A stretch of 64,000 bases of DNA, from positions 21,700,001 to 21,764,000 of the forward strand of contig OZ059895.1 of the NCBI GenBank assembly GCA_964057225.1, written 5' to 3'. The translations under genes were made by a program, and so were the position numbers. Below, piece by piece: positions 25,801 to 37,398 of the stretch. Source of the stretch: Auanema rhodensis (Eukaryota > Animalia > Nematoda). Numbering within the stretch: position 1 is the first letter of the stretch; each line of letters starts with the position of its first letter. The notes beneath the pieces are model-generated. The model worked only from the letters and a program-made list of their open reading frames with translations. It did no database searches and was not told the origin of the DNA.

Positions 25801-28800
25801 AACTGATATATGTTCACACTTATATGCTCGATTTTCACCCTGAAGAAATTATTTTTTCGTTGAATAACATTGTCCATCGTCTTTGCCTTGAAAAAAGGAA
25901 TCTAAAAACATCTACTTCTTGCTAAATTATTTTGAAATTTTTCGAAAAAATTTTTGTCAAAATGTTTTTGGAAGCAATGTTGAGTGTACATGGAAACTCA
26001 ACATACACTAATGCATCATTTTTCAAACGATCATAACTAATTTTTGTATTGAGCGTTTCTCGATGTAGTATAGTGCATTCGATGCGGATTTTTAAGCTGC
26101 GTCGATCTGTGTTATCAGATTTGCTCTAGCTTAAAAATGCACCGAGATATCAACTGATATATGTTCACACTTATATCCTCGATTTTCACCCTGAAGAAAT
26201 TATTTTTTCGTTGAATAACATTGTCCATCGTCTTTGCCTTGAAAAAAGGAATCTAAAAACATCTACTTCTTGCTAAATTATTTTGAAATTTTTCGAAAAA
26301 ATTTTTGTCAAAATGTTTTTGGAAGCAATGTTGAGTGTACATGGAAACTCAACATACACTAATGCATCATTTTTCAAACGATCATAACTAATTTTTGTAT
26401 TGAGCGTTTCTCAATGTAGTATAGTGCATTCGATGCGGATTTTTAAGCTGCGTCGATCTGTGTTATCAGATTTGCGCTAGCTTAAAAATGCACCGAGATA
26501 TCAACTGATATATGTTCACACTTATATCCTCGATTTTAACCCTGAAGAAATTATTTTTTCGTTGAATAACATTGTCCATCGTCTTTGCCTTGAAAAAAGG
26601 AATCTAAAAACATCTACTTCTTGCTAAATTATTTTGAAATTTTTCGAAAAAATTTTTGTCAAAATGTTTTTGGAAGCAATGTTGAGTGTACATGGAAACT
26701 CAACATACACTAATGCATCATTTTTCAAACGATCATAACTAATTTTTGTATTGAGCGTTTCTCAATGTAGTATAGTGCATTCGATGCGGATTTTTAAGCT
26801 GCGTCGATCTGTGTTATCAGATTTGCGCTAGCTTAAAAATGCACCGAGATATCAACTGATATATGTTCACACTTATATCCTCGATTTTCACCCTGAAGAA
26901 ATTATTTTTTCGTTGAATAACATTGTCCATCGTCTTTGCCTTGAAAAAAGGAATCTAAAAACATCTACTTCTTGCTAAATTATTTTGAAATTTTTCGAAA
27001 AAATTTTTGTCAAAATGTTTTTGGAAGCAATGTTGAGTGTACATGGAAACTCAACATACACTAATGCATCATTTTTCAAACGATCATAACTAATTTTTGT
27101 ATTGAGCGTTTCTCAATGTAGTATAGTGCATTCGATGCGGATTTTTAAGCTGCGTCGATCTGTGTTATCAGATTTGCGCTAGCTTAAAAATGCACCGAGA
27201 TATCAACTGATATATGTTCACACTTATATCCTCGATTTTCACCCTGAAGAAATTATTTTTTCGTTGAATAACATTGTCCATCGTCTTTGCCTTGAAAAAA
27301 GGAATCTAAAAACATCTACTTCTTGCTAAATTATTTTGAAATTTTTCGAAAAAATTTTTGTCAAAATGTTTTTGGAAGCAATGTTGAGTGTACATGGAAA
27401 CTCAACATACACTAATGCATCATTTTTCAAACGATCATAACTAATTTTTGTATTGAGCGTTTCTCAATGTAGTATAGTGCATTCGATGCGGATTTTTAAG
27501 CTGCGTCGATCTGTGTTATCAGATTTGCGCTAGCTTAAAAATGCACCGAGATATCAACTGATATATGTTCACACTTATATCCTCGATTTTCACCCTGAAG
27601 AAATTATTTTTTCGTTGAATAACATTGTCCATCGTCTTTGCCTTAAAAAAAGGAATCTAAAAACATCTACTTCTTGCTAAATTATTTTGAAATTTTCCGA
27701 AAAAATTTTTGTCAAAATGTTTTTGGAAGCAATGTTGAGTGTACATGGAAACTCAACATACACTAATGCATCATTTTTCAAACGATCATAACTAATTTTT
27801 GTATTGAGCGTTTCTCAATGTAGTATAGTGCATTCGATGCGGATTTTTAAGCTGCGTCGATCTGTGTTATCAGATTTGCTCTAGCTTAAAAATGCACCGA
27901 GATATCAACTGATATATGTTCACACTTATATCCTCGATTTTCACCCTGAAGAAATTATTTTTTCGTTGAATAACATTGTCCATCGTCTTTGCCTTGAAAA
28001 AAGGAATCTAAAAACATCTACTTCTTGCTAAATTATTTTGAAATTTTTCGAAAAAATTTTTGTCAAAATGTTTTTGGAAGCAATGTTGAGTGTACATGGA
28101 AACTCAACATACACTAATGCATCATTTTTCAAACGATCATAACTAATTTTTGTATTGAGCGTTTCTCAATGTAGTATAGTGCATTCGATGCGGATTTTTA
28201 AGCTGCGTCGATCTGTGTTATCAGATTTGCGCTAGCTTAAAAATGCACCGAGATATCAACTGATATATGTTCACACTTATATCCTCGATTTTCACCCTGA
28301 AGAAATTATTTTTTCGTTGAATAACATTGTCCATCGTCTTTGCCTTGAAAAAAGGAATCTAAAAACATCTACTTCTTGCTAAATTATTTTGAAATTTTTC
28401 GAAAAAATTTTTGTCAAAATGTTTTTGGAAGCAATGTTGAGTGTACATGGAAACTCAACATACACTAATGCATCATTTTTCAAACGATCATAACTAATTT
28501 TTGTATTAAGCGTTTCTCAATGTAGTATAGTGCATTCGATGCGGATTTTTAAGCTGCATCGATCTGTGTTATCAGATTTGCTCTAGCTTAAAAATGCACC
28601 GAGATATCAACTGATATATGTTCACACTTATATCCTCGATTTTCACCCTGAAGAAATTATTTTTTCGTTGAATAACATTGTCCATCGTCTTTGCCTTGAA
28701 AAAAGGAATCTAAAAACATCTACTTCTTGCTAAATTATTTTGAAATTTTTCGAAAAAATTTTTGTCAAAATGTTTTTGGAAGCAATGTTGAGTGTACATG

Positions 28801-31800
28801 GAAACTCAACATACACTAATGCATCATTTTTCAAACGATCATAACTAATTTTTGTATTAAGCGTTTCTCAATGTAGTATAGTGCATTCGATGCGGATTTT
28901 TAAGCTGCGTCGATCTGTGTTATCAGATTTGCTCTAGCTTAAAAATGCACCGAGATATCAACTGATATAAGTTCACACTTACATCCTCGATTTTCACCCT
29001 GAAGAATTAATTTTTTCGTTGAATAACATTGTCCATCGTCTTTGCCTTAAAAAAAGGAATCTAAAAACATCTACTTCTTGCTAAATTATTTTGAAATTTT
29101 CCGAAAAAATTTTTGTCAAAATGTTTTTGGAAGCAATGTTGAGTGTACATGGAAACTCAACATACACTAATGCATCATTTTTCAAACGATCATAACTAAT
29201 TTTTGTATTGAGCGTTTCTCAATGTAGTATAGTGCATTCGATGCGGATTTTTAAGCTGCGTCGATCTGTGTTATCAGATTTGCTCTAGCTTAAAAATGCA
29301 CCGAGATATCAACTGATATATGTTCACACTTATATCCTCGATTTTCACCCTGAAGAAATTATTTTTTCGTTGAATAACATTGTTTATCGTCTTTGCCTTG
29401 AAAAAAGGAATCTAAAAACATCTACTTCTTGCTAAATTATTTTGAAATTTTTCGAAAAAATTTTTGTCAAAATGTTTTTGGAAGCAATGTTGAGTGTACA
29501 TGGAAACTCAACATACACTAATGCATCATTTTTCAAACGATCATAACTAATTTTTGTATTGAGCGTTTCTCAATGTAGTATAGTGCATTCGATGCGGATT
29601 TTTAAGCTGCGTCGATCTGTGTTATCAGATTTGCGCTAGCTTAAAAATGCACCGAGATATCAACTGATATATGTTCACACTTATATCCTCGATTTTCACC
29701 CTGAAGAAATTATTTTTTCGTTGAATAACATTGTCCATCGTCTTTGCCTTGAAAAAAGGAATCTAAAAACATCTACTTCTTGCTAAATTATTTTGAAATT
29801 TTTCGAAAAAATTTTTGTCAAAATGTTTTTGGAAGCAATGTTGAGTGTACATGGAAACTCAACATACACTAATGCATCATTTTTCAAACGATCATAACTA
29901 ATTTTTGTATTAAGCGTTTCTCAATGTAGTATAGTGCATTCGATGCGGATTTTTAAGCTGCGTCGATCTGTGTTATCAGATTTGCTCTAGCTTAAAAATG
30001 CACCGAGATATCAACTGATATATGTTCACACTTATATCCTCGATTTTCACCCTGAAGAAATTATTTTTTCGTTGAATAACATTGTCCATCGTCTTTGCCT
30101 TGAAAAAAGGAATCTAAAAACATCTACTTCTTGCTAAATTATTTTGAAATTTTTCGAAAAAATTTTTGTCAAAATGTTTTTGGAAGCAATGTTGAGTGTA
30201 CATGGAAACTCAACATACACTAATGCATCATTTTTCAAACGATCATAACTAATTTTTGTATTAAGCGTTTCTCAATGTAGTATAGTGCATTCGATGCGGA
30301 TTTTTAAGCTGCGTCGATCTGTGTTATCAGATTTGCTCTAGCTTAAAAATGCACCGAGATATCAACTGATATATGTTCACACTTATATCCTCGATTTTCA
30401 CCCTGAAGAAATTATTTTTTCGTTGAATAACATTGTCCATCGTCTTTGCCTTGAAAAAAGGAATCTAAAAACATCTACTTCTTGCTAAATTATTTTGAAA
30501 TTTTTCGAAAAAATTTTTGTCAAAATGTTTTTGGAAGCAATGTTGAGTGTACATGGAAACTCAACATACACTAATGCATCATTTTTCAAACGATCATAAC
30601 TAATTTTTGTATTGAGCGTTTCTCGATGTAGTATAGTGCATTCGATGCGGATTTTTAAGCTGCGTCGATCTGTGTTATCAGATTTGCGCTAGCTTAAAAA
30701 TGCACCGAGATATCAACTGATATAAGTTCACACTTAGATCCTCGATTTTCACCCTGAAGAATTAATTTTTTCGTTGAATAACAATGTCCATCGTCTTTGC
30801 CTTGAAAAAACAAATCTAAAAACATCTACTTCTTGCTAAATTATTTTGAAATTTTTCGAAAAAATTTTTGTCAAAATGTTTTTGGAAGCAATGTTGAGTG
30901 TACATGGAAACTCAACATACACTAATGCATCATTTTTCAAACGATCATAACTAATTTTTGTATTAAGCGTTTCTCAATGTAGTATAGTGCATTCGATGCG
31001 GATTTTTAAGCTGCGTCGATCTGTGTTATCAGATTTGCTCTAGCTTAAAAATGCACCGAGATATCAACTGATATATGTTCACACTTATATCCTCGATTTT
31101 CACCCTGAAGAAATTATTTTTTCGTTGAATAACATTGTCCATCGTCTTTGCCTTGAAAAAAGGAATCTAAAAACATCTACTTCTTGCTAAATTATTTTGA
31201 AATTTTTCGAAAAAATTTTTGTCAAAATGTTTTTGGAAGCAATGTTGAGTGTACATGGAAACTCAACATACACTAATGCATCATTTTTCAAACGATCATA
31301 ACTAATTTTTGTATTAAGCGTTTCTCAATGTAGTATAGTGCATTCGATGCGGATTTTTAAGCTGCGTCGATCTGTGTTATCAGATTTGCTCTAGCTTAAA
31401 AATGCACCGAGATATCAACTGATATATGTTCACACTTATATCCTCGATTTTCACCCTGAAGAAATTATTTTTTCGTTGAATAACATTGTCCATCGTCTTT
31501 GCCTTGAAAAAAGGAATCTAAAAACATCTACTTCTTGCTAAATTATTTTGAAATTTTTCGAAAAAATTTTTGTCAAAATGTTTTTGGAAGCAATGTTGAG
31601 TGTACATGGAAACTCAACATACACTAATGCATCATTTTTCAAACGATCATAACTAATTTTTGTATTGAGCGTTTCTCGATGTAGTATAGTGCATTCGATG
31701 CGGATTTTTAAGCTGCGTCGATCTGTGTTATCAGATTTGCGCTAGCTTAAAAATGCACCGAGATATCAACTGATATAAGTTCACACTTAGATCCTCGATT

Positions 31801-34800
31801 TTCACCCTGAAGAATTAATTTTTTCGTTGAATAACAATGTCCATCGTCTTTGCCTTGAAAAAACAAATCTAAAAACATCTACTTCTTGCTAAATTATTTT
31901 GAAATTTTTCGAAAAAATTTTTGTCAAAATGTTTTTGGAAGCAATGTTGAGTGTACATGGAAACTCAACATACACTAATGCATCATTTTTCAAACGATCA
32001 TAACTAATTTTTGTATTAAGCGTTTCTCAATGTAGTATAGTGCATTCGATGCGGATTTTTAAGCTGCGTCGATCTGTGTTATCAGATTTGCGCTAGCTTA
32101 AAAATGCACCGAGATATCAACTGATATATGTTCACACTTATATCCTCGATTTTCACCCTGAAGAAATTATTTTTTCGTTGAATAACATTGTCCATCGTCT
32201 TTGCCTTGAAAAAAGGAATCTAAAAACATCTACTTCTTGCTAAATTATCTTGAAATTTTTCGAAAAAATTTTTGTCAAAATGTTTTTGGAAGCAATGTTG
32301 AGTGTACATGGAAACTCAACATACACTAATGCATCATTTTTCAAACGATCATAACTAATTTTTGTATTGAGCGTTTCTCAATGTAGTATAGTGCATTCGA
32401 TGCGGATTTTTAAGCTGCGTCGATCTGTGTTATCAGATTTGCGCTAGCTTAAAAATGCACCGAGATATCAACTGATATATGTTCACACTTATATCCTCGA
32501 TTTTCACCCTGAAGAAATTATTTTTTCGTTGAATAACATTGTCCATCGTCTTTGCCTTGAAAAAAGGAATCTAAAAACATCTACTTCTTGCTAAATTATT
32601 TTGAAATTTTTCGAAAAAATTTTTGTCAAAATGTTTTTGGAAGCAATGTTGAGTGTACATGGAAACTCAACATACACTAATGCATCATTTTTCAAACGAT
32701 CATAACTAATTTTTGTATTAAGCGTTTCTCAATGTAGTATAGTGCATTCGATGCGGATTTTTAAGCTGCGTCGATCTGTGTTATCAGATTTGCTCTAGCT
32801 TAAAAATGCACCGAGATATCAACTGATATATGTTCACACTTATATCCTCGATTTTCACCCTGAAGAAATTATTTTTTCGTTGAATAACATTGTCCATCGT
32901 CTTTGCCTTGAAAAAAGGAATCTAAAAACATCTACTTCTTGCTAAATTATTTTGAAATTTTTCGAAAAAATTTTTGTCAAAATGTTTTTGGAAGCAATGT
33001 TGAGTGTACATGGAAACTCAACATACACTAATGCATCATTTTTCAAACGATCATAACTAATTTTTGTATTGAGCGTTTCTCGATGTAGTATAGTGCATTC
33101 GATGCGGATTTTTAAGCTGCGTCGATCTGTGTTATCAGATTTGCGCTAGCTTAAAAATGCACCGAGATATCAACTGATATAAGTTCACACTTAGATCCTC
33201 GATTTTCACCCTGAAGAATTAATTTTTTCGTTGAATAACAATGTCCATCGTCTTTGCCTTGAAAAAAGAAATCTAAAAACATCTACTTCTTGCTAAATTA
33301 TTTTGAAATTTTTCGAAAAAATTTTTGTCAAAATGTTTTTGGAAGCAATGTTGAGTGTACATGGAAACTCAACATACACTAATGCATCATTTTTCAAACG
33401 ATCATAACTAATTTTTGTATTGAGCGTTTCTCAATGTAGTATAGTGCATTCGATACGGATTTTTAAGCTGCGTCGATCTGTGTTATCAGATTTGCGCTAG
33501 CTTAAAAATGCACCGAGATATCAACTGATATATGTTCACACTTATATCCTCGATTTTCACCCTGAAGAAATTATTTTTTCGTTGAATAACATTGTCCATC
33601 GTCTTTGCCTTGAAAAAAGGAATCTAAAAACATCTACTTCTTGCTAAATTATTTTGAAATTTTTCGAAAAAATTTTTGTCAAAATGTTTTTGGAAGCAAT
33701 GTTGAGTGTACATGGAAACTCAACATACACTAATGCATCATTTTTCAAACGATCATAACTAATTTTTGTATTGAGCGTTTCTCGATGTAGTATAGTGCAT
33801 TCGATGCGGATTTTTAAGCTGCGTCGATCTGTGTTATCAGATTTGCGCTAGCTTAAAAATGCACCGAGATATCAACTGATATAAGTTCACACTTAGATCC
33901 TCGATTTTCACCCTGAAGAATTAATTTTTTCGTTGAATAACAATGTCCATCGTCTTTGCCTTGAAAAAAGAAATCTAAAAACATCTACTTCTTGCTAAAT
34001 TATTTTGAAATTTTTCGAAAAAATTTTTGTCAAAATGTTTTTGGAAGCAATGTTGAGTGTACATGGAAACTCAACATACACTAATGCATCATTTTTCAAA
34101 CGATCATAACTAATTTTTGTATTGAGCGTTTCTCAATGTAGTATAGTGCATTCGATGCGGATTTTTAAGCTGCGTCGATCTGTGTTATCAGATTTGCGCT
34201 AGCTTAAAAATGCACCGAGATATCAACTGATATAAGTTCACACTTAGATCCTCGATTTTCACCCTGAAGAATTAATTTTTTCGTTGAATAACAATGTCCA
34301 TCGTCTTTGCCTTGAAAAAAGAAATCTAAAAACATCTACTTCTTGCTAAATTATTTTGAAATTTTTCGAAAAAATTTTTGTCAAAATGTTTTTGGAAGCA
34401 ATGTTGAGTGTACATGGAAACTCAACATACACTAATGCATCATTTTTCAAACGATCATAACTAATTTTTGTATTGAGCGTTTCTCAATGTAGTATAGTGC
34501 ATTCGATGCGGATTTTTAAGCTGCGTCGATCTGTGTTATCAGATTTGCGCTAGCTTAAAAATGCACCGAGATATCAACTGATATATGTTCACACTTAGAT
34601 CCTCGATTTTCACCCTGAAGAATTAATTTTTTCGTTGAATAACAATGTCCATCGTCTTTGCCTTGAAAAAAGAAATCTAAAAACATCTACTTCTTGCTAA
34701 ATTATTTTGAAATTTTTCGAAAAAATTTTTGTCAAAATGTTTTTGGAAGCAATGTTGAGTGTACATGGAAACTCAACATACACTAATGCATCATTTTTCA

Positions 34801-36091
34801 AACGATCATAACTAATTTTTGTATTGAGCGTTTCTCAATGTAGTATAGTGCATTCGATGCGGATTTTTAAGCTGCGTCGATCTGTGTTATCAGATTTGCG
34901 CTAGCTTAAAAATGCACCGAGATATCAACTGATATATGTTCACACTTATATCCTCGATTTTCACCCTGAAGAAATTATTTTTTCGTTGAATAACATTGTC
35001 CATCGTCTTTGCCTTGAAAAAAGGAATCTAAAAACATCTACTTCTTGCTAAATTATTTTGAAATTTTTCGAAAAAATTTTTGTCAAAATGTTTTTGGAAG
35101 CAATGTTGAGTGTACATGGAAACTCAACATACACTAATGCATCATTTTTCAAACGATCATAACTAATTTTTGTATTGAGCGTTTCTCAATGTAGTATAGT
35201 GCATTCGATGCGGATTTTTAAGCTGCGTCGATCTGTGTTATCAGATTTGCGCTAGCTTAAAAATGCACCGAGATATCAACTGATATATGTTCACACTTAT
35301 ATCCTCGATTTTCACCCTGAAGAAATTATTTTTTCGTTGAATAACATTGTCCATCGTCTTTGCCTTGAAAAAAGGAATCTAAAAACATCTACTTCTTGCT
35401 AAATTATCTTGAAATTTTTCGAAAAAATTTTTGTCAAAATGTTTTTGGAAGCAATGTTGAGTGTACATGGAAACTCAACATACACTAATGCATCATTTTT
35501 CAAACGATCATAACTAATTTTTGTATTGAGCGTTTCTCAATGTAGTATAGTGCATTCGATGCGGATTTTTAAGCTGCGTCGATCTGTGTTATCAGATTTG
35601 CTCTAGCTTAAAAATGCACCGAGATATCAACTGATATATGTTCACACTTATATCCTCGATTTTCACCCTGAAGAAATTATTTTTTCGTTGAATAACATTG
35701 TCCATCGTCTTTGCCTTGAAAAAAGGAATCTAAAAACATCTACTTCTTGCTAAATTATTTTGAAATTTTTCGAAAAAATTTTTGTCAAAATGTTTTTGGA
35801 AGCAATGTTGAGTGTACATGGAAACTCAACATACACTAATGCATCATTTTTCAAACGATCATAACTAATTTTTGTATTGAGCGTTTCTCAATGTAGTATA
35901 GTGCATTCGATGCGGATTTTTAAGCTGTGTCGATCTGTGTTATCAGATTTGCGCTAGCTTAAAAATGCACCGAGATATCAACTGATATATGTTCACACTT
36001 AGATCCTCGATTTTCACCCTGAAGAATTAATTTTTTCGTTGAATAACAATGTCCATCGTCTTTGCCTTGAAAAAAGAAATCTAAAAACATC

Positions 36092-36093
36092 TA
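36092..36093. other. TA target-site duplication, left copy (monomer p290-291)
   Basis: CATC-TA-CAGGGTG junction. The empty monomer has a single TA here. Confidence 0.95.
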
Positions 36094-36119
36094 CAGGGTG
36101 GCCCATAAGTATTGAGACA
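36094..36119 (+). repeat. Left terminal inverted repeat CAGGGTGGCCCATAAGTATTGAGACA
   Basis: 26/26 reverse-complement match to 37371-37396. A weak imperfect extension (ATTCAAA) lies just inside both ends. Confidence 0.98.
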
Positions 36120-36188
36120 AAATTCAAATAATTTTTTTAAAAAAAAAACTAGGTCAAAAAAACATGTTCACAAAACTTTTAGGCTCGG

Positions 36189-36197
36189 GTATATAAG
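36189..36197 (+). promoter_or_regulatory. Putative TATA box of the transposase gene (GTATATAAG)
   Basis: TATATAA core about 52-60 bp upstream of the ATG at 36249. It fits the GTATAWWAG form common in nematode core promoters. Motif evidence only. Confidence 0.55.
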
Positions 36198-36248
36198 GAG
36201 ACTTTTTGAGCACATTGACAGCTTTTGTGATTATATTTAGAAAAAGTT

Positions 36249-37289
36249 ATGAAGCCTTCAGTACATCGTGCCTCCATCGTTCATCTTTTCGAACAGGGAC
36301 TCAAGCCGATGGAAATTGTTAGAAGTCTCCAAATACCACGAAGCTCTGTTTACAGAGTTTTAAAACAGTTTAGAGATCAAGGTCACATTGAGGTTAAATC
36401 AAAACCTGGAAGACCCAGAACAGTGAATACTCCGCGTACACGAAAAGCTATCAGATGCAGAATAGCTAGGAACGATAGTGTAAGCCTGAATAAAATTGCT
36501 TCACAGATGGAATTATCTCGATCAACGGTTCAGCGGATCGTAAAAAACGATTTAGGTTTTCATTCTTATCGTATTCTAAGAGGACACAGGCTGACAGAAC
36601 AAATGAAGAAAAATCGACTTGAAAAATGTAATGTTTTACTTCAGAATTTAGAGGGGGCTCGCATCGATGCCGTTTTATGGACAGACGAGAAGATTTTTAC
36701 TGTGGAGCCCAAGCCCAATCGACAGAACAGCCGTCAATTGCTCCACACTGGAGAAAAGTACTCTGCTAAAAGGAGGATAGCAGAAAGAAGCCATTACCCA
36801 CAGAGCATAATGGTGTGGGGAGGAATAACATCGACAGGGAAAACACCACTCGTCTTTGTCGAAAAAGGATGCAAGATCAACGCAAAATACTATCAGGAGA
36901 AGATTCTACAAGAAGTGGTTTTACCGTGGACCCAAGAGCAACATTCAGACAGTAGCATCACCCTTCAGCAAGATTGGGCACCAGCCCATGGTGCAAAAAG
37001 CACAATTGAGCTCTGTTCGAGGATTTTACCAGGATTCTGGGGCAAAGATATCTGGCCCAGCAATTCGCCAGATCTGAACCCTATGGATTTTTCAGTATGG
37101 AGTGTGTTGGAACACAAATTATCAGCTAAGTCCTCCCAAAATTTGGAAACTCTCAAACGTGATTTGAAGAAAGCATGGGACTCTCTAGACGAGGAATACC
37201 TGCGAGCCACGGTACACTCAGTGCGAACAAGACTCGAAGCCTGTAAGAAAGCAAAAGGAGGACATTTTGAGCAATTTCTTGATAAATAG
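36249..37289 (+). CDS. DD37D (maT-type) transposase, 346 aa, intronless and intact
   Basis: N-terminal bipartite HTH-like region with GRPR linker (aa 54-57). Catalytic motifs WTDEKIF (D146), QQDWAPAH (D242) and SPDLNPMD (D280), with exactly 37 residues between D242 and D280. Also MVWGGI and a C-terminal GGHFE, typical of Tc1/maT transposases. Confidence 0.96.
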   Translation: MKPSVHRASIVHLFEQGLKPMEIVRSLQIPRSSVYRVLKQFRDQGHIEVKSKPGRPRTVNTPRTRKAIRCRIARNDSVSLNKIASQMELSRSTVQRIVKNDLGFHSYRILRGHRLTEQMKKNRLEKCNVLLQNLEGARIDAVLWTDEKIFTVEPKPNRQNSRQLLHTGEKYSAKRRIAERSHYPQSIMVWGGITSTGKTPLVFVEKGCKINAKYYQEKILQEVVLPWTQEQHSDSSITLQQDWAPAHGAKSTIELCSRILPGFWGKDIWPSNSPDLNPMDFSVWSVLEHKLSAKSSQNLETLKRDLKKAWDSLDEEYLRATVHSVRTRLEACKKAKGGHFEQFLDK

Positions 37290-37296
37290 TTGAACA

Positions 37297-37302
37297 AATG
37301 AA
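37297..37302 (+). terminator. Possible variant polyadenylation signal AATGAA
   Basis: No AATAAA in the 3' UTR. AATGAA (a common Caenorhabditis variant signal) lies 7 bp after the stop, with T-rich sequence downstream. Motif evidence only. Confidence 0.3.
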
Positions 37303-37370
37303 CAATGTACATTACTAGTAAATTATTTAGGATTTGGTTATTTTTTGTTTCATTTATGACTTTTTGAATG

Positions 37371-37396
37371 TGTCTCAATACTTATGGGCCACCCTG
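37371..37396 (-). repeat. Right terminal inverted repeat
   Basis: TGTCTCAATACTTATGGGCCACCCTG is the exact reverse complement of the left TIR. Confidence 0.98.
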
Positions 37397-37398
37397 TA
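37397..37398. other. TA target-site duplication, right copy
   Basis: CACCCTG-TA-CTTCTTG junction. The 1305-bp register shift confirms a 2-bp duplication. Confidence 0.95.

Larger units (their letters stand above)
1..36093. repeat. 351-bp tandem satellite array, left arm (M1 to p291 of M103; open at window start)
   Basis: CAATGTTGAGTGTACATGG recurs at 1, 352, 703 ... 7021, 14041, 21061, 28081 and 35101, always at 1+351n. Copies differ only by substitutions. About 32% GC by hand count of one monomer. Confidence 0.99.
36094..37396 (+). mobile_element. Full-length Tc1/mariner-superfamily DNA transposon, DD37D (maT / Bmmar1-like) family, 1303 bp
   Basis: Perfect 26-bp TIRs starting CAGGGTG, TA on both sides, single transposase ORF. 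Removing the element plus one TA restores the monomer sequence ...AAAAACATC-TA-CTTCTTGC... Confidence 0.97.

Noticed and set aside
34680-34695. Transposon excision footprint at the paralogous TA site
   Set aside because: Sequence equals the plain monomer, and no register shift anywhere in the array matches a footprint.
36856-37378. 73-aa alternative-frame ORF and 137-aa antisense ORF overlapping the transposase
   Set aside because: Shadow ORFs of the transposase coding region with no recognisable motifs. The antisense ATG lies at the inner edge of the right end, but nothing supports expression.
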